Program-made: the position numbers and the translations under genes
Notes under the pieces: model-generated
Databases searched by the model: none
Told to the model about the DNA's origin: nothing
Seen by the model: only the letters and a program-made list of their open reading frames with translations
Shown here: positions 28,014 through 37,303 of the stretch, piece after piece
How the letters are laid out: each line of letters opens with the position of its first letter
Position numbering within the stretch: the first letter of the stretch is position 1
Assembly: GCA_965205015.1 (NCBI GenBank)
Contig: OZ242029.1
Location: forward strand, 1,888,001 to 1,952,000
Length of the DNA: 64,000 bases
Direction of reading: 5' to 3'
Source: Candidatus Poribacteria bacterium
GTDB taxonomy: Bacteria > Poribacteria > WGA-4E > WGA-3G

Positions 28014-28783
28014 TGCCGACACCAAATCCTATGACAGTGGAGCATTTAGTCGGTGTTTTGCGCCGCACTCGAAAACCTAATATTGTCGTTGAGGGGGACG
28101 ATGATGTAATCATCTATCGGGAATTAACCAGACGAATTGGAATACTTGAAGTCGTTTTACTGCCTTCTGGTGGAAGAGACAAATTACTCCAAGTTTATGA
28201 ACGGAGAAGCGAATTCGCCCATATTCCTGTTGTTTTTATCGCGGATCAGGATATGTGGTTGTTTTCAGGAATTGACCAAGGTTATGATGATGTTATTTGG
28301 ACACACGGGTATAGTATTGAGAACGACTTATATTCAGATGCGGCCTTAGAACGCCTTCTGGATGAAAATGACACTGCTGAACATCGGCAAGTCTTGGATG
28401 CAATCAGCACATGGTTTGCTTTTGCTGTTGAAGCGTATTTAGCGGGAGATGGTCCCGATCTTGATCTCCATTGTGACGAAATGGTTCCGCTTGGTAAAAC
28501 CGAGTTGGACGCAGATTTCTGTGTGCGCCGCGGCTTTCGCATGCCTAAAGTGGAGTTAGTTCAACAAATAAGAGGCGAATATCAACTTCGACTTAGAGGC
28601 AAACAGCTTTTCCAATTGTTAATTCGTTTTCTTAGTAGATCTGCCCATGGCTTTGTGAGGGCTAGTCTTAACGATTATGCTCTGTACAACTTAGCACTTA
28701 GAATGCCTGAGGATCATCCACTCTTAGACAGATTAATGGAACAGGTAAAGCAAAAAATCGCAGTGCAAACTTCCGCTTCCTGA
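28013..28783 (+). CDS. DUF4435 / TOPRIM-fold putative nuclease
   Basis: IVVEGDDD, GGRDKL, FIADQD, YSIEND; GTG start overlaps the ATPase stop. Confidence 0.75.
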   Translation: MPTPNPMTVEHLVGVLRRTRKPNIVVEGDDDVIIYRELTRRIGILEVVLLPSGGRDKLLQVYERRSEFAHIPVVFIADQDMWLFSGIDQGYDDVIWTHGYSIENDLYSDAALERLLDENDTAEHRQVLDAISTWFAFAVEAYLAGDGPDLDLHCDEMVPLGKTELDADFCVRRGFRMPKVELVQQIRGEYQLRLRGKQLFQLLIRFLSRSAHGFVRASLNDYALYNLALRMPEDHPLLDRLMEQVKQKIAVQTSAS

Positions 28784-28816
28784 ATATCCCCTTGAAATAA
28801 CGTTAAAGGGAGACAC

Positions 28817-29650
28817 ATGAAAATGCAAAACCGTAGAAAAGTCCTTATCACCGGGGCATCCGGCTATATCGCTGGACGGATGCTCCCCGAATTTCGCCAA
28901 CGCTATGAACTCGTCCTTTTAGATGTGAAAACCACGAATCGGCAAGGAGAGGAAGTCGAAGGTGTTCAAATTGCTGAACTGACCGACCCCAATCGCGACG
29001 CATACCGACACCATTTTGAAGGCGTTGACGCAGTCGTCCACTGTGCATTTAAGGGCGGTAGTTTCGAGAATGAGCTCGCCAACGTCCAGATGGCATACAA
29101 CCTTTATCAGACCTGTATTGAGACCGATGTCCGGCGTGTTGTTGTCTGTAGTTCCAACCACGCCGCCGACTATTACGAGCGTCTCATCTGGTCAGATAAA
29201 TGGGATGTGGTGACACCAGAGACGCGTCCGCTCTCCGATAACTTCTACGGGTGGGCAAAAGAGGCGTATGAGCACCTCGGTTTTGTCTTTGCGACGGGAC
29301 ACGTTGAGGGTAAGAAATTACAGAACGTTCAGCTGCGTATCGGTGGACCGCGCGAGACGGATATGGCGAATTCCTCAGCCGACGATCTGAAGGCGATGCA
29401 CCGAGGACTCGGCGCGTATTTGAGCATCCGAGATCAGGTCCAACTCTTCGTCAAGAGCATTGAGACAGAGGACATAGCGGACGAAAACGGGATCCCGTTC
29501 CAGATCTTCTACGGCATCAGCGACAATTCGCATAAATTCTGGAGTATCGTCAACGCACGAAAAGTAATAGGTTATGCCCCTGAGGACGACAGTCAACGCC
29601 GTTTTGCCGACCGATTGGCAGAACTGTTGAAGGAAGCGGAAGGAGCCTAA
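28817..29650 (+). CDS. NAD-dependent epimerase/dehydratase (uronate dehydrogenase-like extended SDR)
   Basis: ITGASGYIA Rossmann motif, CSSNHA, YGWAK (YxxxK), LRIG, IGYAPED. Confidence 0.82.
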   Translation: MKMQNRRKVLITGASGYIAGRMLPEFRQRYELVLLDVKTTNRQGEEVEGVQIAELTDPNRDAYRHHFEGVDAVVHCAFKGGSFENELANVQMAYNLYQTCIETDVRRVVVCSSNHAADYYERLIWSDKWDVVTPETRPLSDNFYGWAKEAYEHLGFVFATGHVEGKKLQNVQLRIGGPRETDMANSSADDLKAMHRGLGAYLSIRDQVQLFVKSIETEDIADENGIPFQIFYGISDNSHKFWSIVNARKVIGYAPEDDSQRRFADRLAELLKEAEGA

Positions 29651-29692
29651 CATACCGTCTTTAGTTTGTGCTTAGGTTGATTTCATCTCTGT

Positions 29693-29851
29693 TAAGAATT
29701 ATACACCTTTTTCTCAATTTTTTTCAAAAGAAAGAGCGGTATTTCGGTCTGATCTCCTGTTTTGTTGTGATGACATAGAAAGTGCCATATTGTGACATGA
29801 GATACGCCTCATTTATTCGTCATGGATAGACTGCTTCAGTCTGCCCCAGAG
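29693..29851. repeat. 159-bp direct repeat, copy 1 (partner 31918-32076)
   Basis: Two mismatches versus copy 2; covers a PD40 gene 3' end plus downstream region. Confidence 0.9.
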
Positions 29852-30802
29852 TGTTGTTTCTGTCTCCGCAGTCGGAGAAACAGAGAAATAACCCACAGGC
29901 ACCCACGTCGGATGCGTATCCTCCGCCGGATGACGCGTCAATCTGACCTCATGCCGCGAGCGCACGTCTTTTATAAGATAAATGTCAGTTTTCTGATTCC
30001 ACTTGGAAAAGTAAACAATCGATCGTCCATCAGGACTCCAGACAGGAGCGAAACCCATCGCCGGATGGCGTGTCATCTGCCTGAGACCACTCCCGTCAAC
30101 GTTTAGGGTGTAGATTTCCCTATTCCTCCGTAAAACCCTATCACAAAAGGCGATCCGTTTCCCATCTGGAGACCATGAGGGCATGCTTCCTGCGAGCGGT
30201 TGGTTTGCGAGGCGTCTCGGATTTCCGCCATCCGCATCCATGATATAAATACCACTATTGCCACCTTCACCAGGCGCATGGACGAAAACAAAAGCGATGG
30301 ATTGGCTATCAGGCGACCAAGCCGCGTTGTAGTTTCTATTCCCTGCCCCGTGCGTCAAGCGTTGGAGATTCTCACCGTCCGGTTCGATTTTATAGATGTG
30401 ATGCGTCCCTTCTCTATTAGAGTCAAACGCAATCCATCGTCCGTCTGGGGACCATGCGGGATTACTGTCATGTTTCGGATGGTGCGTCAACCGGCGGGAT
30501 ACCTTCGTATTGAGATTCATCACATAAATTTCCATATAGCCATCATGTTGAGAGGAGACATAAGCCATCCGTTGTCCGTCCGGCGAAAACGCTGGCTTAA
30601 ACTCATTCGCTGGATGGTCTGTCAGCTGCTGGAGATTCTCTCCTTTTATATCCATCATGTAGATGTTGTAATTCCAATTCCGCTTGGAACTGAAAGCGAT
30701 ATACGGAACATCGGATGCGTAGGCATATAGGTTTACCGAAAACAAGAAGCACATGAATATCGCTGGAATCGCTAACTCTATATAGGTAAATTTTCGTCTC
30801 AT
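29813..30802 (-). CDS. Secreted TolB-like PD40 beta-propeller with C-terminal TTLWGRLK motif
   Basis: Signal peptide; repeated P(A/S)WSPDG units. Confidence 0.85.
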   Translation of the reverse strand: MRRKFTYIELAIPAIFMCFLFSVNLYAYASDVPYIAFSSKRNWNYNIYMMDIKGENLQQLTDHPANEFKPAFSPDGQRMAYVSSQHDGYMEIYVMNLNTKVSRRLTHHPKHDSNPAWSPDGRWIAFDSNREGTHHIYKIEPDGENLQRLTHGAGNRNYNAAWSPDSQSIAFVFVHAPGEGGNSGIYIMDADGGNPRRLANQPLAGSMPSWSPDGKRIAFCDRVLRRNREIYTLNVDGSGLRQMTRHPAMGFAPVWSPDGRSIVYFSKWNQKTDIYLIKDVRSRHEVRLTRHPAEDTHPTWVPVGYFSVSPTAETETTLWGRLKQSIHDE

Positions 30803-30868
30803 TTTTACACTCCCACGGATGCCATTCAGAAATGACTATATCACTTGGTCCACTCAGATGAACTTGAC

Positions 30869-31837
30869 TTAGTCACCGACAGACTGCTTGAGCCTACCCC
30901 ACACGGTTGCTTGTGTGTTGACCGTCGGAGAGACAGAAAGCGCACCCGTTGGCACCCACGTCGGAGTTATATCCATTGCCAAATGGCGTGTCAATCTGCG
31001 GCGATTCCCTCTGATGCCATTGACATCCATCAAATAGATATCAGCAGTTCTCTCCCACCAGGACAGGAAAGCAATCGAGTGTCCATCTGGAGACCAAGCA
31101 GGCGATCCCTCACCCACCAGATGGCGGGTAATCCGTCTGAGGTTCCCCCCGTCAACGTTTACGATGTAGATATCCCAATTTCTTCCTAAATTTGCACTAA
31201 CGGCAATACGTTTCCCATCCGGAGACCACGCCGGTGTATATGCCTGATTGGGTTGGTTTTTGAGCCTGCTCGGATTTCCACCATCCGCATCCATTATAGA
31301 GATGCCAGCCGGGTCTTCGAAAGAACGAAAAGCGATGAATTGACTATCAGGGGACCAAGCCGGGGCGTTGTTCCTCTCATCCCCATGCGTCAACTGTTGG
31401 AGATTCGCACCACTGGGTTCGATTTTATAGATGTGCCCCGTCCCCGTTCTCTCGGAGACAAACGCAATCCATTGACCATCTGGAGACCATGCCGGACTAA
31501 AGTCACGTGCCAGATGGTTCGTCAACTGGTCGGATACCTTTGTCTTGAGGTGCATCACATAAATGTCCCAATTGCCATGCTGAGAGGAAACGTAAGCCAT
31601 CCGCTGTCCGTCCGGCGAAAACGTTGGATGAGATTCATTCACTGGATGATCTGTCAGCTGCTGGAGATTCTTGCCGTTTATATCCATCATGTAGATGTCG
31701 TAATTCCAATTCCGTTTGGAACTGAAAGCAATACAGGGAACATCGGATGCATAGACATAAAGGTTCGCCGCGAGCAAGAAATGCGCGAATAGTAGGGGCG
31801 TCCCCAATACAACAATATAGGCGAGTTTTCCTTTCAT
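30869..31837 (-). CDS. Secreted TolB-like PD40 beta-propeller with C-terminal ATVWGRLK motif
   Basis: Repeated PAWSPDG units; start MKGKL after GGAGGAG. Confidence 0.85.
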   Translation of the reverse strand: MKGKLAYIVVLGTPLLFAHFLLAANLYVYASDVPCIAFSSKRNWNYDIYMMDINGKNLQQLTDHPVNESHPTFSPDGQRMAYVSSQHGNWDIYVMHLKTKVSDQLTNHLARDFSPAWSPDGQWIAFVSERTGTGHIYKIEPSGANLQQLTHGDERNNAPAWSPDSQFIAFRSFEDPAGISIMDADGGNPSRLKNQPNQAYTPAWSPDGKRIAVSANLGRNWDIYIVNVDGGNLRRITRHLVGEGSPAWSPDGHSIAFLSWWERTADIYLMDVNGIRGNRRRLTRHLAMDITPTWVPTGALSVSPTVNTQATVWGRLKQSVGD

Positions 31838-31917
31838 TTTCCTATCCTCCTCCATTGATGTTATTGAGATTTTCCAGTTTCAGAGGCATTCAGTTCTCGG
31901 TTCTCCCTTAGCAGTCA

Positions 31918-32076
31918 TAAGAATTATACACCTTTTTCTCAATTTTTTTCAAAAGAAAGAGCGGTATTTCGGTCTGACCTCCTGTTTTGTTGTGATGACA
32001 TAGAAAGTGCCATATTGTGACATGAGATACGCCTCATTTATTCGTCATAGATAGACTGCTTCAGTCTGCCCCAGAG
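31918..32076. repeat. 159-bp direct repeat, copy 2
   Basis: Near-identical to 29693-29851. Confidence 0.9.
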
Positions 32077-33027
32077 GGTCGTTTGCTTCTCGGCGGTCGG
32101 CGACACAGAGAGAAACTCCGCAGGTACCCAGGCAGGATAACGATCTCTTGCTGGGTGCTTTGTTAATTGCCGCGTTTCGATGCCATCAGGACTGACAAGG
32201 TGGATATTTGAATCTCGATTTAGGTTACCCCACGGACTTTCAACTTCTAACTCATAGGCGATCCACTGCCCATCCGGAGACCACGCGGGAACGCCACCCC
32301 ATGTATTTTCCAGTGTGATTCTCCGATTGTTTTGTCCGTCATCTGTCATGATGTAAATGCCAACTCCCACAAGATCGGTCATTTCATAGGCAATCTGTTT
32401 TCCATCGGGCGACCAGGTCGGCTCGCCTCCCCCGAACCTCCTTTCTCTAACGCGTCTGGCACTTTTTCCATTGGACTTCATCAGAAAGAGGTCTTTTCCT
32501 TCTTCTCTGTCAGAATAGAAAAGAATTCGATCTCCATCGGGCGACCACTTCGGAAACCTATTGTATCCGGTGTCTGTCAGTTGCTGCAGGTTTCCGGTGT
32601 TGACATTGATTTTGTAAATGTGCTTCGTAGACATTGGAACGCCGGGGTGCTTGGACGTAAAGGCGATCCACTGTCCATCAGGCGACCAATCGGGATCAAA
32701 ATCTGATATTGATGCCAGATGGGTCGTTAGGGGGCGGAGTTCTTTGTTATTTCTATTCATCAAATAAATTCTGTTAGTGCCATTTCGATCGGAAACAAAA
32801 GCCATCCACTGTCCGTCGGGTGAGAATGCGGGTTGCACATCCTGTGCTGGGTGGTTTGTGAGATTCTGAAGATTTTTCCCATTTATATCCATGATGTAAA
32901 TCTCATTGTTCCCCTCTCTCGGAGAAGTGAAGGCGATACGTGTAGGATCAGAGGCGGGTACACAAAGACGGAGTGCCAGCAGGAAGCAAGCGAATCCCGC
33001 TGTAAAGGCCATAAGTTTACGTTTCAT
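32038..33027 (-). CDS. Secreted TolB-like PD40 beta-propeller with C-terminal TTLWGRLK motif
   Basis: Repeated WSPDG units; signal peptide. Confidence 0.85.
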   Translation of the reverse strand: MKRKLMAFTAGFACFLLALRLCVPASDPTRIAFTSPREGNNEIYIMDINGKNLQNLTNHPAQDVQPAFSPDGQWMAFVSDRNGTNRIYLMNRNNKELRPLTTHLASISDFDPDWSPDGQWIAFTSKHPGVPMSTKHIYKINVNTGNLQQLTDTGYNRFPKWSPDGDRILFYSDREEGKDLFLMKSNGKSARRVRERRFGGGEPTWSPDGKQIAYEMTDLVGVGIYIMTDDGQNNRRITLENTWGGVPAWSPDGQWIAYELEVESPWGNLNRDSNIHLVSPDGIETRQLTKHPARDRYPAWVPAEFLSVSPTAEKQTTLWGRLKQSIYDE

Positions 33028-33349
33028 TTTTACAGACTCCTCGCATGAAAGTTATTCACTGAGAAATGGTCTTATTTGTGCGTTTGATATTCGCAAGAAG
33101 GAGGCCAATACGAAACGCCTATTTCAGCGTGAATTCTCGACAGTCAACACAGAATTGCATCAAGAACTGAACGTTCTTGTCCAACATCTGAACGATTTTT
33201 TGATTTCCCTGTTGTGTGCGACCCATATCATATCATAATGAGAATTCGGATGCAGCCAAATTTGCACTTGACGGTACCAATGGGGACTTGTAAAATAGGT
33301 ATATCTGATATAGCGAGATTCCAAATCTCGCCAGTGGAGGAGCCGCGCA

Positions 33350-34375
33350 GTGCCGAACTTTACAGCAGAAGAACTCACCGAAATTTGCCTGAACGTCTTT
33401 CAGAAATTAAATATCCCAGCCGCCGAAGCGGAAACCGTAACCCGTTCCATGGTGGATGCCAACCGCGTCGGACACGATTCACACGGCGTAATCCATCTCG
33501 CGAAATATGTACGTGAACTGGGAGCCGGATTGATCCAACCTGGAGCACCAACGGAAACCTTGCACGAATCTGCGTCCATCGCGGTGTTAGATGGAAATTG
33601 GGGTTTTGGTCCCGTCATCGCGACGCGTGCCGTTGAGATGGCAATCCAGAAAGCAAAACAGACGGATATCAGCTCGGTTGCTGTTTCACGGTGCAATGAA
33701 GTCGGTAGGTTAGGCGGATACGCGTGCCTCGCCGCGGAGGCAGAGATGATTGGGGTGCTCATGGCGAATGACCATGGCGGTGGTACGTGTGTCGCGCCGC
33801 ACGGTGGGGTTGAAGGCAGGCTCTCAACCAATCCGATCGCGTGTGCAGTGCCGATCGAAGGGCAAGATCCGATTGTATTGGATATGTCCACGAGCGTTGT
33901 CGCATCGGGGAAGATCCGGGTCAAGCAACATCGGAACGAAGCGCTCCCGCACGGGTGGCTTATTGACGCAGAAGGCGGGTCAACGACGAATTCGGACGAT
34001 TTCTATGACGTCCCGCCTGCCGCCTTGCTGCCGTTCGGTGGAGCAGTTTCTGCCCACAAAGGATTCGGACTGAGTGTCATCGTTGATCTCCTATCGGGCG
34101 CACTCACGGGTGCGGGGTGTAGTCAGGGTGAAGATGCTCGTGTAGGCAATGGGTTGTTTGTGCTGGTGATGAATGTTGCCAGTTTTAGAGAATTTCCGGG
34201 ATTCAGTGCCGAGATAGAACGTTTTATCAATTATCTCAAATCGGCAAAGCGCGCCCCTGGGGTTGACGTAATTCGGGTGCCAGGCGAACGGGGTTGGGAA
34301 GAACAGCGGAGACGGGAACAGGAAGGCATTCCAATAGACACCGAGACATGGGCACACATCCAGGCATTAAAGTAG
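33350..34375 (+). CDS. Ldh_2 family oxidoreductase (ComC/AllD-like)
   Basis: GHDSHG, LDGNWGFG, STNPIA, LDMSTS, HKGFGL, RVPGE; GTG start after GGAGGAG. Confidence 0.88.
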   Translation: MPNFTAEELTEICLNVFQKLNIPAAEAETVTRSMVDANRVGHDSHGVIHLAKYVRELGAGLIQPGAPTETLHESASIAVLDGNWGFGPVIATRAVEMAIQKAKQTDISSVAVSRCNEVGRLGGYACLAAEAEMIGVLMANDHGGGTCVAPHGGVEGRLSTNPIACAVPIEGQDPIVLDMSTSVVASGKIRVKQHRNEALPHGWLIDAEGGSTTNSDDFYDVPPAALLPFGGAVSAHKGFGLSVIVDLLSGALTGAGCSQGEDARVGNGLFVLVMNVASFREFPGFSAEIERFINYLKSAKRAPGVDVIRVPGERGWEEQRRREQEGIPIDTETWAHIQALK

Positions 34376-34395
34376 TAGGCACGCTCCGTCGTGCC
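34369..34395 (+). repeat. GTAG-type REP-like palindrome, family A
   Basis: AAAGTAGTAGGCACGCTCCGTCGTGCC. Confidence 0.7.
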
Positions 34396-34439
34396 GTTCA
34401 CTTATGGTGATCCTCTATTCAGTCAATATCACGACTATG

Positions 34440-35534
34440 CTATGCCACGGTTAAAGATTTACCTGTCTCTGGGTGAAATAGGTGCGCTTTCTCTATATCA
34501 AAACTAACCGTCAGGTGGGCGTTGTGTTGAGGCATGTTAACGAGATCGGATTGTGCGACAAAACTGTTCTTCTCTGTCCGGAGATATAAGAGCGCGTGAT
34601 TCCCGAGCGGCTCAACCAATTCCACTTGTGTTCCGACACTATTTTGCCCATTTTCACCGACGTGAATATCTTCCGGGCGAATGCCGAGCGTCACCGAATC
34701 CCCTGAAATTTTGCCGAGTGCCGACTGCAGGTGATCATTCAGTTCCACCGTGAAAGTTTCAAATCTCAGCATCGGGTCCCCGCCATTATTCACGATGTCC
34801 GTCTCTATAAAGTTCATCGGCGGTGTGCCGATGAAGCCTCCGACGAATTGGTTTGCCGGTTTGTGATAGAGCGTTCCCGGATCGGCAATCTGTTGGATTT
34901 TTCCCTCATTGAGCACCACAATCTGGTCCCCCATCGTCATCGCTTCAACCTGATCGTGCGTGACGTAGACAATAGTGGCGTTGAGTCGGTCGTGCAGACG
35001 ACTGATCTCCATCCGCATCTGCACACGTAATTTCGCATCGAGATTGCTCAACGGTTCATCGAACAGAAAGACTTTGGGATGTCGGACGATCGCTCTACCG
35101 ACGGCAACGCGTTGACGTTCGCCACCGGAGAGGTGCTTCGGTTTGCGGTTCAGGAGGTGCGAGATGCTCAGAATCTCCGCTGCCTCTTTGACACGCTCGT
35201 CTATCTCCGCTTTCGGATATTTCCGAAGTTTCAGACCAAATGCCATGTTCTTATACACCGTCATGTGTGGATAGAGGGCGTAATTTTGGAAAACCATGGC
35301 GATGTCCCGATCTTTGGGTGGGATTTCATTGATCCGTTCATCGTCGATATAGATATCGCCTTCCGTTATCTCTTCCAATCCGGCGATCATCCGCAGAATT
35401 GTCGATTTCCCGCATCCCGACGGACCCACCAGCACGGTAAAAGACTCATCGGGAATCTGAAAATCTGCCTGTTCGACTGCAAGAACGTCACCGTCGTAAA
35501 TTTTGGTGACATCTTTCAAGGTAAGGTGTGCCAT
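34440..35534 (-). CDS. Carbohydrate ABC transporter ATP-binding protein (MalK/UgpC family)
   Basis: GPSGCGKST, VFQNYALYPHM, LSGGERQR, FDEPLSNLD, YVTHDQ, C-terminal TOBE-like region. Confidence 0.93.
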   Translation of the reverse strand: MAHLTLKDVTKIYDGDVLAVEQADFQIPDESFTVLVGPSGCGKSTILRMIAGLEEITEGDIYIDDERINEIPPKDRDIAMVFQNYALYPHMTVYKNMAFGLKLRKYPKAEIDERVKEAAEILSISHLLNRKPKHLSGGERQRVAVGRAIVRHPKVFLFDEPLSNLDAKLRVQMRMEISRLHDRLNATIVYVTHDQVEAMTMGDQIVVLNEGKIQQIADPGTLYHKPANQFVGGFIGTPPMNFIETDIVNNGGDPMLRFETFTVELNDHLQSALGKISGDSVTLGIRPEDIHVGENGQNSVGTQVELVEPLGNHALLYLRTEKNSFVAQSDLVNMPQHNAHLTVSFDIEKAHLFHPETGKSLTVA

Positions 35535-35590
35535 AATTTCTGCGTTGACGAGACACTGTAAATTATGAGGATAGCGTTAGACCCCTCGTT

Positions 35591-35808
35591 TTATCCTTCC
35601 GGATGAAACAGTGCTTCGTCAATTTGAGCATTCAACGTGATGTCGGTAATAAAGACCCGTCGATATTCCCCGTTTTCTGTCGTACGATAGTGCGGGATTT
35701 TAATGCCATCTACATCCCGATAATCGTCAAGGAATGCCACCACGTTTTTCACGCCTCCTCCTATTTCAATATCGTAACTAAACTGGACGACATAATGCGT
35801 TTCTTCAC
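35591..35808 (-). pseudogene. Detached 3' end (71 codons) of the redoxin gene interrupted by the IS
   Basis: Joining 37304 to 35808 restores the frame ...KVFIS-EETHYVVQF...LFHPEG*. Confidence 0.88.
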
Positions 35809-35893
35809 CTAAGTTTACGGATTGGAAGCCCAAACTTTTAAGTTTGGGAGGAAAATCCGCCCTCTTGGAAAGGACCAAAATGTTTATTTTCCC

Positions 35894-35923
35894 TTGACAC
35901 TTGGTTCGAAATTGTGGTAGAAT
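35894..35923 (+). promoter_or_regulatory. Promoter inside the IS driving tnpB
   Basis: TTGACA-18 nt-TAGAAT with extended TG. Confidence 0.6.
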
Positions 35924-36020
35924 GAGAGTATCAGGTTGGCAGACAGTGTTTAGCATTACCGCTTGGTAATGTGTCTGCCTCCCACTAAGCAGAGGATAAA
36001 TATCTGATACCTGATATACC

Positions 36021-37287
36021 ATGAAATTAACCTTTGAATATCCTGTGTATCCAACACAGACACAGGAAGAAACCTTATTAGGATGGACTTGACCATCTCT
36101 GTGAACTTCAGAATTCCGCGCGCAACAATCGCAAACATGCGCATGAGACAGAAGGTCGTTTTGTTTCGCGATATGACCAGGAACAACTCTTGAAGGGTGC
36201 CCGTGAGAAATATGACGATTTTCGCCAAGTCCCTCAAGATTTCCAAGTGTCTATCCTCAAACGTGTTGACAGGGCCTTTGATGCCTTCCGTAAGCGGTGT
36301 AAAGAAGGTGCGGAGAAAAAAGGGTATCCTCGTTACAAAATGCGTGTGCGTTCTCTGACGTGGTGCTTGCGAAAGCATAAACGCAAAACAGGTGAACGTG
36401 TCCGCCAAAATCCGATACGAGAAACCACATGGAAACACGACCGTTTGAAAGTGCCGAAACTCGATGAAATCAAGATATACATGCACCGTCCGCTTCAAGG
36501 CGATCCGAAAGAAGTGACACTCGTGAAAAAAGCAAGTGGCTGGTATGCACATATCACTTGTGAACTACCTGACACTCCAAAGATTGAACCAACAGATGCG
36601 ATTGCGGTTGATGTTGGCACGACACACTATCTGACGACTTCCGAAGGTGAAAAGGAAGAGAATCCGCGTTGGTATCGCCAAGCAGAAGGTTTGCTCCGAA
36701 AACACGCGAAAGACCTATCGCGTAAAAAGTTAGGTAGCAACCGAAGAAAGAAACAACAACACAAACTCGCTTTACACCATGAACGAACCGCGAACAAACG
36801 CAAAGACTTTATCGGTAAACTCGTCTATAAACTCTACCACCATAAAAAAAACAATGTTTTAGTGGCAGAGGATTTAGGCGTATCAAACCTGGTAAAGAAC
36901 AAACACCTCAGCAAGAGCATTTCGGATGCGTCTTGGGCAAAGTTCTTTCAGTGGTCTGCAGACATAGCCGAAAGAGACGGTCTGTACTTCCACCAAGTTG
37001 ATCCCAAGAACACTTCGCAAACATGCTCGGCTTGTGGCAAGAAGTCGCCCAAGAAACTCTCTTTAGCGATACGCACCTTTGATTGTAGTTTTTGTGGCAC
37101 GGTTTTAGACCGAGACCACAACGCTGCGATAAACATACTTTTACGGGCGGCTTGCGCCCTTCGTGGAGAGCGTTGGGTTACCGACCTCTATGAAGCGAGA
37201 AACACCAACGAAGCACGAGACACGGGCTTTGAGACTGCTGAACAACTGCTGTTGTTTAACGACCTCTTAACAAGCCCAAGTCTTTAG
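36021..37287 (+). pseudogene. tnpB: RNA-guided endonuclease TnpB with a +1 frameshift near 36087
   Basis: ATG 36021 gives MKLTFEYPVYPT...GW then stop; removing one base joins it to the long ORF (421 aa); RuvC motifs AVDVG, VAEDL, DRDHNAA and zinc finger CSAC/CSFC intact. Confidence 0.85.
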
Positions 37288-37303
37288 GCTTGGGTACATT
37301 GAC

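Larger units (their letters stand above)
35809..37303 (+). mobile_element. IS200/IS605-family element, tnpB only (IS1341-like), 1495 bp
   Basis: Inserted 3' of TTCAC with no target duplication; subterminal hairpins CCCAAACT-TTTA-AGTTTGGG (35829-35848) and CCCAAGTC-TTTA-GGCTTGGG (37275-37294); ends in TTGAC (junction ambiguous by up to 2 nt). Confidence 0.88.

Noticed and set aside
35591-36022. 143-aa ORF as an independent gene
   Set aside because: A chimera of IS left-end sequence read antisense and the detached 3' end of the redoxin gene
36190-37287. Cas12f / CRISPR system
   Set aside because: No repeat-spacer array or cas1/cas2; IS-type hairpin ends indicate TnpB
35809-37303. IStron (self-splicing intron-IS hybrid) that would spare the host gene
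   Set aside because: The element is antisense to the host gene, has only ~210 nt before tnpB, and shows no group I intron core
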